A stretch of 63,068 nt of DNA, filler included, from Rhabdomonas costata (taxonomy: Eukaryota), in assembly GCA_019059605.1 (NCBI GenBank). It is 19 parts of 19 records of this genome, joined end to end, with 100 filler letters (N's around TTAATTAATTAA, not from the genome) between each part and the next. Parts side by side here need not be neighbours in the genome. Positions count along the whole stretch, not along the records: positions 19,964 to 23,188 come from JAHMHO010001154.1; positions 23,289 to 26,512 come from JAHMHO010001155.1; positions 26,613 to 29,836 come from JAHMHO010001156.1; positions 29,937 to 33,161 come from JAHMHO010001157.1; positions 33,262 to 36,482 come from JAHMHO010001158.1; positions 36,583 to 39,830 come from JAHMHO010001159.1; 13 more parts are not named here. One strand, given 5' to 3'. Both the position numbers and the translations under genes were made by a program. The notes under the pieces were generated by a model that saw only the letters and a list, made by a program, of their open reading frames with translations, had not been told where the DNA came from and did not search any database. Of this stretch, positions 22,956 to 39,488 are shown in pieces. How positions within the stretch are numbered: the stretch's first letter is position 1; every line of letters begins with the position of its first letter.

Positions 22956-23288
22956 CTGAGCAAAAATATACACCGCACGTGAAACCGTGGCACACGCCCA
23001 TCCCAATATTAGAATACACCAACAGCGACACAATTGTTCGCAACCGTATGCTGCAATAAGAAAAAAAACAAGAGCAAGTGGTAGCGCATAGAGATAAGGG
23101 CAAAAGGGCAAAATGGGGTGAAAACGCCGCGCGCACTGCGCATTGTCCCAGTTGGAAAGCTGATTCCCCCACAGATGAACACACCCCCNNNNNNNNNNNN
23201 NNNNNNNNNNNNNNNNNNNNNNNNNNNNNNNNTTAATTAATTAANNNNNNNNNNNNNNNNNNNNNNNNNNNNNNNNNNNNNNNNNNNN

Positions 23289-23930
23289 GTGGTGGGTGTG
23301 TTTGGGTTTGGTGGGAAGCGAGTCGTGTCAGAAGCCTCCCTGAAGGCCATGCGCTCCAATCCAGGCCCTGGAGGCACCTTAATGGTCGAGCTCGATGGGT
23401 TTGGCGTCACCTGGATGATCCGACCTACCGCGGAGGGGCCCAAAATAATCCAACACGGAGGAGACGTCCCTGGCCAGCATTCAGGATTTATGCTTGTTCC
23501 GGATCGCGACTTTGCTATTACCCTACTCACGAACTCTGAGCAAGGCCCCAAGCTTCTGGCCGAGCTTTTTGCTGATGACTGGGTCCTGTCCAGGTTCACC
23601 GGCCTGCACAACCTACGGGCCGTGCCCCAAAAGCTGAAGCCTGCCGCCCTCACCCCTTACGAGGGAAAGTATTCCGCCCAGCAGATTGGCATTGATGGGA
23701 AGACCATCCCCGTGGACGTGGAGCTGAGCGCATCGGATGGGGGCCTGGAGATGACTCTGGGAGGACCGGAAGGGAAAAAGTTCCTTCTCGCCTTCTACAA
23801 GGAGGATTACGTCGTGATCAACGAGGTGAATGGCCAGCAGACTTACTTGCGGGCAAACTTTCTCCGTGACTCGCGGAGGCGGGTGATTTGGATGCGCTTC
23901 GGAGGACGTCTGTTGAGGCATTTCATTTAA
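23289..23930 (+). CDS. Serine hydrolase / beta-lactamase (AmpC/PBP-like) family, C-terminal part, bacterial type, no introns in the visible part
   Basis: IIQHGGDVPGQHSGFMLVPDRDFAITLLTN is the HGG motif region of class C beta-lactamase-related hydrolases. It is followed by a YEGKY-type C-terminal domain ending WMRFGGRL. The 5' end is cut by the contig edge. Confidence 0.8.
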   Translation: MVGVFGFGGKRVVSEASLKAMRSNPGPGGTLMVELDGFGVTWMIRPTAEGPKIIQHGGDVPGQHSGFMLVPDRDFAITLLTNSEQGPKLLAELFADDWVLSRFTGLHNLRAVPQKLKPAALTPYEGKYSAQQIGIDGKTIPVDVELSASDGGLEMTLGGPEGKKFLLAFYKEDYVVINEVNGQQTYLRANFLRDSRRRVIWMRFGGRLLRHFI

Positions 23931-24549
23931 CCACTACCCAGCAGACATCTACCAGAGTGATGTGTATAATTGTTTTGTTTTGTTGTTTGGACGATTGGGA
24001 AGGAAGATCAGGAATCGATTGGCTGGTGTCGGCAACCCTTTCCCTTTTGTTAAACATTAAATTTACATTCATTCCGCTGGCAGCCTTTGCGTTCAATTAC
24101 CTGTTCCTCGGTTTGAGTGATAAGCCCCGCTCGATCGAAACAAAATCGGTGGATTCGATGGGATCGCTGCAATGTTCCCACCCAGTCCGCCCTTGTACAG
24201 GTGCTGGAAGTAACCTTTGCGACGCTTGCGACTCGTGGGTCGGGTTCTGCACAAACCCATGACAATTTTATCAGCCATCTAGGCAAGTTGCTTCCAAGAG
24301 CGCAGTTGGGAGTATTCACGGACCCCTGTGATCGTACAGTAGGATAAACTCTCCAACTCTAGAAATGGAATCACTGCAATATAGTGTCAGCAACCTTGTA
24401 AAACGAAACTCGGTCGTCACTTTAGTTAGTGCGAGCGAGCCCGCTTCTGAGTGGATTCACTGCAGAGGTCAGCATTAATACTGTGCATTTTTTCATTCCG
24501 GGGTAATTCGGAATTTCTGTTCTGCGCCACTTCTGCTCCAGGTTATGTT

Positions 24550-26512
24550 ATGATGGAGCACACCCTTATTGAGGGAATTCGTGAGTTTGTGAGTTATTCC
24601 GGGTGTTCCGCCAGTCTCGAGGCCTTCGAGAAGGAAACTTCCGTGGACCTTCTTCAGCGCCGTGCCTGTGAAGCAACCCACCCCCTTCTGCGCGCCTTCG
24701 ACCGAGGAGACCGCGAGCAATTTTTTCAGCAGTGGGAGGCTCTTGTCTCCGAATCCGACCGCCGCTCCCGCGCTCGCTGTGCCCGAGTTGACTTCCTCAG
24801 TCACCTGTACATGTTCGCCGTGTCTCATAGCTCCGGCTCCCTGAGCTCTGCGGAAAAACTGGCCGCCTCGCAGTGGCTCAAGCGGTACCTGGACAGTGTG
24901 CAGCAGTCCGCGGCCGCAAGCACGCCGAAGGGCGGCGCGGCGGCCTCCACGTCAATTTCTGACCTTCGAGTGGACTCAACTGAGTTTCTGCAATATTTTG
25001 CCCTGCCCTATGTCAAGGACCCCCAAACCAACCCTCTGTACAAGGAGCTTTTTCAAGACAACTGGAGGAAGCGGCTGCGAAAAGACCTGGAAATGTGCAT
25101 TCGGGAAACCGCGGCGGGCTCGGCGGAGATGCCGCGTAGCCCGAAGATGGACGCTGGCGGTGAGTTTCAGAGCCTCGGGGTGGTGCAGTGGCTGAAAGCC
25201 TTTCAACAAGCTGGGGCGACCAAAGGCTTGGAATCCAAGTTGGAGTCTTCGGTGCGATCAGTGGAGTCCTCGGCAATGCTCAGCCAACGAAGCATGAGAG
25301 GGCTTTCCGAGCTGATTCAGAACCCGACGCCAGAAGCGGACCTGCAAAGGTTTGCTGTGGTTTTTTTCTGAGACGATCGTTTGGCGTTATGTGCAGTTGA
25401 CTGCTAACACAGGTTGCCGAGGTTGCCGAGGGTGCCGAGACTGGCAGGCTGTAGGGATAGTGGAGCTTTTTTATCGACGTTTCCATTTTGTTGGTTGAGT
25501 GGAGTTTTTCCTCTTGCTGCAGGTGCGGGCAGTCCACCAAGAAACCCATTGGGCTTGATCCCGATGGCAAGGATGCTGATGCGGCTTACTTGTCTCCGGC
25601 GTGGTTATCCCTGAAGGCGAACTACGAGATGTTGTTCCGCACTGCCTTGGAAATGTTGGCAGCTATGGAGGGAGCTGTGGAGGGAAAGGTGCTGAGCGCC
25701 CAATTTGTTCAAGCGGTTTCTGGCCGCTTGAAAGAACTGCGGCCTGGCCACGACAACGTATGTGGCTTTTGTCCCTTGTTCTTGGCTCATCTATAAAAGC
25801 TACATGATTTCGCTGCCTAGGACAACTCCGCACATTCACATTGTTCAGCTTGAATTACGATATTGTTGTGTGCATATCCCAAAGATGCGAGGAGAGACAG
25901 AAGACATCTTTGACGCTGCGCGGAAAATGTTAGCTTGCCAATCGAAATTATCCAACTTTTTTTAAAAGGTATCTTCCATAGAGACCTCGGCAATTGTGGT
26001 CGACATAGCTGTGATCTGCACGTTGAGGGGTATTTTAAGATGCATTGTTTGAAAATGACACGATTTTTTTATGCGACTGTATTTTTTGGTAGGGAACGGA
26101 GCACCGGGTTCCGCTCGACTACGCTGCAGTCAGGCAGGCTTTGCAGGACTCTGGCAAAGTGGCTCTCCAGCTGGCTGTTCTGCAAGCCTTGCGCTGGAGA
26201 ATAACGCATCGCTGCGGAGGAGGTGCCCGGAGTCAAGCCGTTGCGGAGTACGTTTCCGGGGATCTGCTGGGCCTCACTATGAACCCCCAGGGGCAAGCCC
26301 CGGTATGCTTTACTCTGTTGCACGGTTTGCGTGAACTTTGCACGGGCTTCGCACAGGATGTCCCAGACCCCGCCTTGCGAGAGGCAAGTGCGGAGTATGC
26401 TCTCAGGCTGCTCAGCGTGCTGGCTTGCTACTCTGTTGGGAGAACGTACCTACTCCATTCTGGAATGCTGTCGGTGTGGAAAGAGGTTGCCCCAGCGTCC
26501 ACCAGCACCCTC
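24550..26512 (+). CDS. ARMC9: LisH-domain / armadillo ciliary protein ARMC9 (5' partial gene, at least 3 exons)
   Basis: Exons 24550-25349, 25523-25757 and 26093 onward. LisH IREFVSYSGCSASLEAFEKE; EFLQYFALPYV.DP.TNP.YKELF..NW; LDY...LQALRWRIT; GRTYLL. Confidence 0.85.
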
Positions 26513-26631
26513 NNNNNNNNNNNNNNNNNNNNNNNNNNNNNNNNNNNNNNNNNNNNTTAATTAATTAANNNNNNNNNNNNNNNNNNNNNNNNNNNNNNNN
26601 NNNNNNNNNNNNTTGTTTGGGTAATCTTCAG

Positions 26632-27106
26632 GGATGTCACCATTAACCCCAAGGCGGATTGCTTGGTCATGACTACGGAAATCCTCCGGAGTATGCTCTA
26701 CCGAGGCAATGAGATGCTTCGCGAGGTCACTGCGTCTCCTCCCCACCCTCTGTTCAGCATCTTATCTTTTGTGGGTAGGCACTCCGAGCAGCCCAATTCC
26801 TCACGGATACAGCCCGCAGGGGATGCAGTTTGGTGACCATCTTGACGATTTGCTTTGCTTCTGCGTGGCGTGGCCATACTTCGCGCAGCTTCGCTTCTCC
26901 TTTTTTTTTAGGTTGGGTGCGTGATTTTCGATGAGATTCACTACATGAGGGACAAGCACCGCGGTGTGGTATGGGAGGAGACCATCATCCTTCTCCCCGA
27001 CGCGGTGCAATACGTCTTCCTCTCCGCCACCATCCCCAACGCGCAGGAGTTCGCCGATTGGATTGCGCACATCCACCCCGGCCAAAAGTGCCACGTCGTC
27101 TACACG
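26632..27106 (+). CDS. MTR4: Exosome RNA helicase MTR4 (SKIV2L2), two internal exons
   Basis: Exons 26632-26725 ([24 protein letters not shown]) and 26912-27106 ([42 protein letters not shown]). Confidence 0.93.
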
Positions 27107-27987
27107 GTTCCTGTCTTTTTCTTCCTGTTCCTCTCCAAGTCTGCACTGCATCTCAGAGCCCTTGAATTACACTTCGTGGTTCTCTTCTTTATTCATCCTT
27201 TCCTGCAATACACCAAGTAGGAGAATAGTTTTGGCCCCAGTTGCGGCCACTGTATTGGATCAGAAATGTTGTCCTTCGAGGGTTTGTCATCCACTTAACT
27301 GTTAATTCGCTCACGTTCATTTGTTCAGGCGGGAGGCCTTCCTCCTTTCCTGTTGGTTTGGTTTTTTCATCGAATGGGACTGCGCTGCCTTGTTGGATTC
27401 GGAGTCAAGTTAGTAGCGGGGGGAGGGGGGGTGCAGGAGCAAAACGTCCCCAGGCATCCCAAAATGGCCCTTTGAGGGCCACATTTTGGCCTTTTTTGAG
27501 CATAAAATGGTGTTCCCAAGGATCCGCCGGTCCTTTTTCTGAAGCGGCGACTTCGAGAGGGGGTAGGCCACCATATCCGACCTCCGCGTTAACTGCTGGA
27601 CCCTTCCCAAAACCGTGGTCGCCCACCTTGCGGCCCGTTGTCCCTAAAGGGGCTTTGCCTATGGTCGCGGCAAACCGTAGAGTGGCACCTTCTCGGAGCA
27701 AACGGCGCGTCCGAGCAGGAGCGGGTGGAATCGGTTTTTGGTCTCTTGCTGAACTTTCGAGAATTTCGAAAAAAATTCTTTTTTTTTTTCCGGTTTGGAG
27801 CCTGGAAGGGACCTGCAGAGCCCAATGTTCCTCCCGAGCGGAGATCCGGCGGAAGTTCCTTGCAGAGCCCAAGGGCACTTCGAGGAAGGAAAGGCGGGAA
27901 GGTGTTTGAACCCGGATCCCTTGGCACGGCCAGGGTGCACTTCCCGGGACATGAGGCCCGGCATAAAGGAAAAGCCCCCGGGGAAGG

Positions 27988-28056
27988 TGGCGAAACTGGG
28001 ACTCGAACCCGGGACGTTGCCAAAGGGGCACCCTTAACCCGGTACGCATCCTTCGC
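27988..28056 (-). pseudogene. Degenerate tRNA-like sequence (pseudo-tRNA or SINE head)
   Basis: B-box GGTTCGAGTCCC and acceptor-like GCGAAG/TTTCGC are present, but the D and anticodon arms are broken. A second B-box-like GGTTCAAAC lies near 27905. Confidence 0.35.
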
Positions 28057-30700
28057 GCTAGGGAAGCAGAGCAACAAAGACGGTCACACGATCACTGCTC
28101 AGAGGTGAAAGGCTGCAAAAGGATCACGGCGCATAATTGTTGGTGACGCCCTTGCCGCGGGTCAGCGTGGGCCCCTGCAAGCGTCTACCAAAACGCCTAC
28201 AAAAGCAAAATCCCCGCCCCCTGCCACCAGGAGGAGGGACCATTTCCCTGCTTCGAGCCTTAGGTTATCGGGAATATAGTGACTACGGGTATCCGCCGGG
28301 TGGAACGGAAGGCGTAATTATGCCGCCCCGTCCGCCGGATGGGCACCATAAAGCACACGAGGTCACAGACAGCCCACAACGACAGCGAGAACCAAAACAG
28401 GGAGTAAACAAGGAAGCCACGACAGCAAACCGACAAGCACAGACACCAAACCAGCACAAGTACCAAACTCCCAGCACAAACTCATTCGACACGCGCTATC
28501 AAAGAACACCAGCAACAACCACACAGCCATACACCCCAACACCGAGAAAGAAGCAACAGAGAACTACTCTAAACCAACCCCAGCACCAACCGAACTACCC
28601 ACACCAACAGACCCACAACAGACACCTACCCACTACCCAGACCAAACTCACAAAAATGAAGATGAAATGAAAAAAACTCAAAAATGAAGCACTATCAAAT
28701 TCCAGCGTTGGATGACGCAGCTGGAGTGGTTAACACCATTCCCAATTTATTTGCAATAATATGCGCTACAAAGCATTGCTTCACCTTTTAGTTCTTCGCC
28801 CTGCCGATAAAACGTTACCTCAATCGTTTGCAAGTCATCTTTTCAATCTCTCCCTGCTTGATCAAGTCTTTCGAATCCATTATACATTCCCAGAACCCCG
28901 TTCTTTGAAAAATTGCATTCACACAAACGGATAACAGCATCAGAAACGTAGCAGTGCTGCAGCGGTTCCACGATAAAAAAACAATCAGAACAAGTACAAC
29001 AACGCGTACCTCCCTTTTTCATTGCCCTCTCACGTGCAAAAAAAAATACAACGGCAGGAGAGCAACAATACCATCGATCTGAACTGTTTTCTTCAGCAAT
29101 TCTCGTACATCTCACACGCGCTAAACCTGTACGTGTACAGAACTGGCGTCAGCCATTATGTAAGTACAGCTGTTGGCGTTTTGCCAAAAGGGGAAAAGAA
29201 ATCGAAGGATGGAGGGAGGGAGGGAGACGGGGGCTGCTAGAAGTACAAAAGACCTGAAAGATCTCACGGTACAGCACTGCTTTGGTATTCAACAAGAGAG
29301 AGTGTGTGTGAGGGAAAGTATCTGCATTTGTGCGTCTTGGCAGGCCAAGCACAACCCATGACGCACAAATACACTTCACACACAGGGGGAGAGAGAGGAA
29401 GAGAGAGGAAGCACACAAATGGAAAGATGCAAGAAGACTGGGCTGCACGTGACCCTCTTTTCTCGCCTGGCCTTGCTCCCGTTCCGGAGAAGTTGGGCAG
29501 CGGGCAACCTGAAAACAAATGTAATGGGACGGGAACCTCTGTGGGGAAGGGCGAACGAATGAAATGAAACAAAGCCGCCGCTGCGGTGTCCTGTGCTGGG
29601 AATTTGGTGCCTTGAAAGCAATGGGAATGGGTTTATCTTCGGTCCACCAAAAACATGACATCATGTGAAGCATGCCCTTGCTGTCATCAGAAATAGAAAG
29701 CGAGTCCCCGTATGCAAAAAATTCAGTGCAGCATACAGGCACGCTCTCCAAAAACCTGCTCGCAAGAAAGCATACGTGGTAGCATCGAGACAAAACGTCG
29801 CCACCGCAGAAAAAACCTACCCCCACCCACCAAGCCNNNNNNNNNNNNNNNNNNNNNNNNNNNNNNNNNNNNNNNNNNNNTTAATTAATTAANNNNNNNN
29901 NNNNNNNNNNNNNNNNNNNNNNNNNNNNNNNNNNNNGGTGGGTTTTGCCAGGGGCTTGTGCCACTAGCAAATAACCAGGCGATATCCGATGCCATGCCAG
30001 GCACAACGAGCACCACTCGGATCCCTTGTACTCAGTAGCAACATGTGAAGGCCAGCTTGATAAAGCATGAGGATGTGATAAAGCGCGCTCACCCTCACCC
30101 TTGGGGTGTCGTGTGTTTGTCCAGAAAAAATAGTAACGTATCAATGTGTGGGAGAACAAGAAAACCTCCCAACTATGTTTTCGTAACATGATGCACCTGA
30201 AACTGTGACTGTGGGATTAAAATCCAAAACCTGATTATTACAACTTATCAAAAGAGGAACCTGAAGACTTCCCATTGAAGCGGACCTCACTCTGCAGTCG
30301 AACAGACTAAAAAAAATACTGAGAACTCGCGACGAACCCAAATAACCCCCCCCCCAACTGCACTGCGAGGTGGATTTTCTGAGGCTCCCTGAGGGGGCAC
30401 CGTAAAAAAGCACCAACTTCACAGAGTACTCGCGCAAAGTCGTGAAAAAAAAGTAGTGAAAGTCAGATCTCTCTTAGCCACCACATCGAATGACCGCCAC
30501 ACCAACTTGGTGCAAAACATGTCCAAACTCGACAGCCACAGCTCCCGGGAGAAGGCAAGCACAGCGCGCAAACCTTTCCAAAGGACAGGTCCTCCACTGC
30601 CACACCCACCCTCCTACACACCCAATCACCCACACGAGCAAGGGAAGCGAAGCAGGGGCATGGGAGGAAGCAATGGCAATTGTGGTCTTGCCAAATGCCC

Positions 30701-32459
30701 TCAGGCCTTCTCCTTGGATTTCTTCTTCTGCTCCTCCTCCTCCTTCTCCTTCTCCACTACGGCGACGAGCTTGGCCAGCTCGGCCTCCTCGATGAAGTCC
30801 CCACCCTGGCTGCTTACCACAAGGGCCTCGATGTTCTTGCTCCTATTGGTGGACATCAATTCCCCTCCCTTTCCCTCCCCCGCATCTGGCAGAATTCGGC
30901 ACCGTCGGCGTACTTCGACAAGCCAAGAAGAGAAACGGTGAAATTCCATTACTACAAAAAGCAATTCGTGCCTATGAAGGAGGGGGGGTCTGCCATTAAC
31001 CCGGGATCGAAAGGCTTTTTCCATCTCACCTCCTTCTGAACAACATCTGCATCTCTCCTTGAGCAGGACGGATATGCCGCTGTTCCGACATCACTGGCTA
31101 AGGAGGCAATTGGGTTTCTATACATTGACCTTCAGACAGTCGCATTTTTCAACCGTACATTGACAGAGGGAGTTGATTTCTTCGACTGAAAAACGAAGGA
31201 GCACGCAAAAGGCAGCTTATTCTTATGCTCCCTTTCCGCTCGTGTCCCTTCAGCGCACCCGCTCTCCACGACTTCCATCAGGGACCAAATCGCCAGCTTC
31301 AGGCTGTCCTCCTTGCTCATCTCCGCCTTGTAATGCTTCTCCAGATACTCCCGCACGGTGTTTGCGTTGCGCCCGATCGCGTTGGCCTTTGGGAGGGGAG
31401 ATTTGAGATCAACTTGCGCAATACTTCAAAATATGCCTCAAACAGGAACTGAGACAACATAAGCGCAAGCAGATGCCGTGAGAGTATATGTACGCTGGAA
31501 GCCCATCCCATCCCATCTCGATGCCATTAACACCACAGCCCTTGACCCCCGATCCCCACCCTCACCCTGAATCGTGCACGTGGGACTGGAGATGGTTTCA
31601 CGGCCTTTCTTCTGAAGGAAATGCACAGTAAGTTTTTGTCAGCGCGGGCGGATAGGTTACCGGAATGTCGGGTCAAGAAACGGGAGTCTCGCATCCGGAG
31701 GGTTCATCTTCTGTTTCGTTAAACTTGGGATCCTGAAAGGCAGTGGCAGTACACCGCGTGCATGAAGCCTTGCCATTATCTGCCTCCAGGGAGCATTTGG
31801 TGGAAGACAAAGACACAAACACGCCATAGAACCGTGGCGTACCGTACCTTCCAGGACGAGAACACCCCTGTGGGATCGGTGTGATACAGCTGGGGCTGCC
31901 CCCCTGCGTCCAGGCCGCCGATCAGAGTGCTCACCCCGAACGGCCTCATCCCCCCGCTCTGAGTGTACTTCTGCAACGCCCCCCACAGAAAACCACATCA
32001 AACACCTCACATAGCTTTCCCAACCAACCAGCAGCATGTGACGCAAATTTTCCACAGAGAATCGAACAGGAGCGGATGTCACCACGCAGAAAAGCAGGAA
32101 AGACACCGTCACCCCCCCCCCAGATATCAACTCCCGTTATAATTCCTCGTTATAACCTGCCGTACTTCGTGTCGAACCGTCTTTCGAGTGGTACGCAATG
32201 TCTCGACGCTAGAGAGTACACATTATAGGGGCAGGTCCTTTGCGCCTCTACCTATAATCGCATCTTCGCTACCTGCATTCGCCCCTCGCTCTCCTCTCTT
32301 CGAATTCATTCCCACCTGCTGGGTGTGGGCGATGTAGCGGCAGAGGTAGTCTGTGGAGATGCAGTCTTCAAAATTGAGGCGGTAGCTCTGAGCCTCCACA
32401 CGGGCCTTGTTGACCAGCACCCGGGCATCCGCGGAGAGCCCGGCGAACGCCACAAAGAT
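30701..32459 (-). CDS. PSMA7: 20S proteasome subunit alpha-4 (alpha type-7), last 4 exons
   Basis: Exons 32459-32316, 31970-31848, 31386-31259 and 30842-30701, all GT-AG and in phase. [64 protein letters not shown]; basic tail. Confidence 0.96.
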
Positions 32460-35048
32460 CTACCACACACAGAACACACACACACACACACACACGCACC
32501 GCAGTGCTTTGCTTTCCATGCTGTGTTTTACTTTTTCCTTCTAGCATGTTTGAAAATATCACCATAGACACGTTTATTGGGGTATCAAGAAAAGCAAAAA
32601 AGCTTTCCCCCTAGAAAATACATATTCAATGTACAGACAAACTACCTCAATTTCCTGTATTATTATTCCTCAAAATCAGCACTTTACACCGATACCGGCA
32701 TAGTTTGCTCACAAACACTGGATTCATCTCGATTTTGTACGGATACAGCACTTGCCAACATGAAAAGATCAAGAACCAAAAGACCAAAAACGACCAAAAA
32801 GAAATGAAAATTCACGCAAAACGTTACCTCCCAAGGACTCCTATTGAGGTGAAAATCGTTCACACAGCTTGCGTGTATTCCGCGGTCCGCAGTTATCCAA
32901 TTTATCCAAGTTATCCAATTAAGCGTGTCCACCGCAATATGCTAGTCACTTGCCAGACTTGCCACTTGGCTTTTTGAGACAGCCAAACATCGTGAAACCA
33001 AACCTTTGGGAGTCAGGACAAAGCATTTTTTTTACAATATTTGCCACAATTTATTTTAACAAGACCATTCTCCGCTTTTTTCCGTCAGGTTGTACACTTT
33101 TTTGTTTGCTGTTTGTTTGCTGTTTCTGTTGTTCACTGACCTGTCGTGACGCAGCGTTATTNNNNNNNNNNNNNNNNNNNNNNNNNNNNNNNNNNNNNNN
33201 NNNNNTTAATTAATTAANNNNNNNNNNNNNNNNNNNNNNNNNNNNNNNNNNNNNNNNNNNNGTTTGTTGGGGATCGGCAGGAGCTCGCTTCTTCTTGTTC
33301 GACTTCTTTCCCTTTTTCATACTCTGGCGCTTCGCCATTTGGCGGCTCTTCTCTTGGCTCCGGCGCCATACAATGGGCCCAGGCGAAACCTTTGCGGGGG
33401 CGGCCTTGCGCCGCTTCAGGGGAGGATGATTGTCCTTCTCTTCCTCGGTGGCGGTGCGGTCGGCAGGGGCATCCTTGTCGACTTCCTCCTCGGCCTCCAT
33501 CTTTCGGCGCTTCATTTTTTCTAGCTGTGTCCTGAGACCCATAAGGAATAAGGCGCTGCAACACTATGCCCTCCACTTTCCTTTGGGTCCCGCCCCACTA
33601 CAATAATTGGCGGTTGGAATGCATTGACATAAACTGGAAATCTGCGGTAAAAGGTGAGACGGACACCGATGGAAGCCTTTGAAGGCACAAGACAGGGCCC
33701 CGTTGTCGGGCGGTTGGGGCCCTAACACTCGTGCAGATATTATCTAAACCCAAGCACCGAGGGCTTTCTTCACACAGTAGGCGCACAAAAGGCATATGTA
33801 CACGCATGCATGCAGGCAGAAAGGCCAGGGGACCCTCTGCATCTGTCTAAACACTGGCAATTCCCTCATCACCAGTTCAGTTAGGTTCTTGCAACCAACT
33901 GTCCCAAAAACAGCCCAAAGGGATTTTTGATTAAATCTTCAATGGACGACGCAAAAATCGAAACCACAATACACAAACCAAATTGAAATAATTGGGTCTA
34001 AATACCTCGAAAACAACTGGACATATCCTTCCTATCCGCGTCACCTCAAAACAAAAAGAAGCAAAAGCTCTAGTTGGTCTGTTCTTGGTGTTTTTATTCT
34101 CCCATCTCACTGTTGGTTCAGAGCGAGCCAGCAAGGAAAAGAACGAAGCTAGACATCAAGGTAAGCTGCTGCACTCAAACCTAGCTTTGATGATTACGAA
34201 TAAGGAAAGCGAAGGGGGCAATGTTAGGAGCACACCTCACCCGCACCGACGGCACTCCCTTGCGCTTCTTCCTCAGCTCCGAACTGTGGCGAAAAAATGG
34301 AATGGGAACGCAGACGATCGCCTCCGTAGACTGTCAGCCCATATCAGCAGAGAGAGAGAGAGAGAGCCGAACCCGGGTTAGGCGTATGTCCTGTGGAGTT
34401 TCGGATGGAATCGCGAGATTTCCAGCAATAAAATTTACCCCAATTAAGGGGAATTTGGTAGCTTTCGGCAGAGATGAGAGAGAGAGAAAGAGCCCGCGCG
34501 AGAGTTGTATTTCAAGTGCAACATTTGGATGTCAGATGTCTCCTGCAGCAGCTGGGCATACCGAGCAACTTCGTCCAAAGAGTCAAGGTTTGTCCTGGAG
34601 AAGGGCTGCAGCTTGTTCTCCGTCCGGTCCCAGCTGAGGACACAATCCGAGAAATAGATTCTACTTTCACGACACAGGAGAAGCACCACGTTGCTTTAAA
34701 GCAGCCTTCCACACCAGGTGACAAACATTCCACAACAGACATCCCCATCTGCATAAGAAAGCTTTCCCTTCGCTTAAACCAGAACTCATAGAAAGAAAAA
34801 AAAATCCGAAATACTTCGGCGCCAGGTGTTCTTGAAAATTTGTTTGATACAAAGGGACAAGGGGCGTTGCAAGAAGGATAACACTGGGTAGTTCAGAATA
34901 TTCGGACATGTCACAAATGCAAGCACATTCTTCACTTGCATTTATCGAGGTGAACTTTTGAATGAAATCTTGCAATACAGAGCTACCAAAACAAACAACA
35001 CAGGCCAGGAGGATTTTTGGAGGTTCAAAATTCATTTATCAGGCTTTT

Positions 35049-35327
35049 TCAGTTCGATCTTGTTGTCATTTCGATCTTGGTGTCTCCCAACAGGCATGGG
35101 TTTGGGTCCGTGTAAACGCACTTGAGCACTTTGACGAGCTCGTTGGCGCGCTCCCTGGCGAGCTTGGAGAAGGGCATCCCTGAGGTGACACGGGGCCGCA
35201 GCTGCCGCAGCAGCTCCAGCACGGCCTGGCGGTGGCCCCCCTCGGGGTCCGCGCGCAGCAGCAGCAGGGCCAACCCCAGCAGCTGCTCCAGCTGGCATAC
35301 CCCCAGCTCACCCATCGCGGGCTGCGC
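35049..35327 (-). CDS. Probable terminal exon of an unidentified helical protein
   Basis: Acceptor gtcttag, strongly GC3-biased codons (LEQLLGLALLLLRADPE...), ends in a stop. No family recognised. Confidence 0.4.
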   Translation of the reverse strand, partial: AQPAMGELGVCQLEQLLGLALLLLRADPEGGHRQAVLELLRQLRPRVTSGMPFSKLARERANELVKVLKCVYTDPNPCLLGDTKIEMTTRSN

Positions 35328-36597
35328 CTAAGACAGTCAGCGAGCGAGCAAGTGAATGCCAGTCAGTGGAGGAATCCCCACGAATAACTTTGTGATCTTT
35401 TTTATTTTTTGCCCTATAAGTAAAGAACATTCGCAAAAAATTCGTATTTCAAACACGTTTCCTGTTTATGATTCGCATTTTCTCCACAGCTTAAATATTA
35501 GTCTAATATGAAAATGGATCAGATGCCACAATTTAAGAAAGTTGTGAAGCGATGGCTTTTTCCCGACGGGTGCGTCATTACTCTGCACTGCAAGGAAGAT
35601 TTGCATGCCAGCACCTATGAAGTGACAAAAGTGGGCTGTACCTGGCCTGGGAGCTTAAGCAGGCGGATTTCTGTGGTCACCGGATTGCCGGATTGCTCCC
35701 AATTCTCGTGGTGGCAAAAATTGCATGAGAGGAATGATCGGAATTTGAAAAATACTAAAAGGTTCGGAGGATGTTCTGGCACTCCACGGCGGACGTTCCC
35801 GATGTGGTAGAGCTCCTGCAGCGGTCTCTGCGCAGCTACGAGGCCGAGGTCACGTCCACGGCTGCTTTGCAATGCCACCGCCCTGAGGTGAGCTCAAAGT
35901 GGCTGATGGGTATCAGGGAGAAATCAGGGAGAAAACGGGCCCTCTTCCGGTGCCCATTCCGTTCCACTTTTGTCTGCAACGTTTTTGTCTGTGCACCAGA
36001 ACTGTTGTGACGCAGTACCGTGATTTCGTCGGATCAGGGAAAAATGATAACCCGCACAAAGTTTGTAGTCTACGTGGATTGCGAGATATTACCAGACCCA
36101 GCACCTCCCATTCCGCTGCGAGTGTGTAATTTTACGCCGGTGCAGGGACGAGCAAGTATGCGCTGATGCATTCTTATCTGTGTTTCGCTGCCTGTAACCG
36201 AAAGGTGCGCGCAAAGGAAGAAGGTTACATACTCCACCTGATTGACCTGAGGCGTAGACGTGGGCCTCAGGCATAACATGTAATCGAGTATTCTGACACT
36301 CGCGGGCATACAACGCATGTGTTTTGAATGAGTTGTGCACATTTGGGTAGCGGGATGTCGAGCTTTGACCTTAATGTCGGGAGCGGTTTCGAGGAATCAA
36401 GTCTCGTGGACCTCGAGGATCCCGGAGAGTTCTCTCCGGATTCCACCCTCTTTCTTCACCATAATCTCTCCACTCGACTTCTNNNNNNNNNNNNNNNNNN
36501 NNNNNNNNNNNNNNNNNNNNNNNNNNTTAATTAATTAANNNNNNNNNNNNNNNNNNNNNNNNNNNNNNNNNNNNNNNNNNNNACACACACACACACG

Positions 36598-36632
<35 letters not shown>

Positions 36633-36713
36633 TCTTTTCAACCCACCACGGCCACACCACAGCGACGGAAAGGGAGAGAAGGAGAGAGGGACGGAGGGAG
36701 AGGAGCAGCGGAC

Positions 36714-39488
<2,775 letters not shown>

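Noticed and set aside
35762..35887. Plus-strand exon-like segment (ag|GTTCGG...GAG|GTGAG) opposite a minus-strand exon
   Set aside because: Both strands have open frames, and no homology is recognisable to decide between them.
36583..36630. (CA)n/(GT)n tracts and CCCACC/GGTGG-rich contig ends
   Set aside because: These are ordinary intronic microsatellites and low-quality contig termini. No telomeric repeat array is present.
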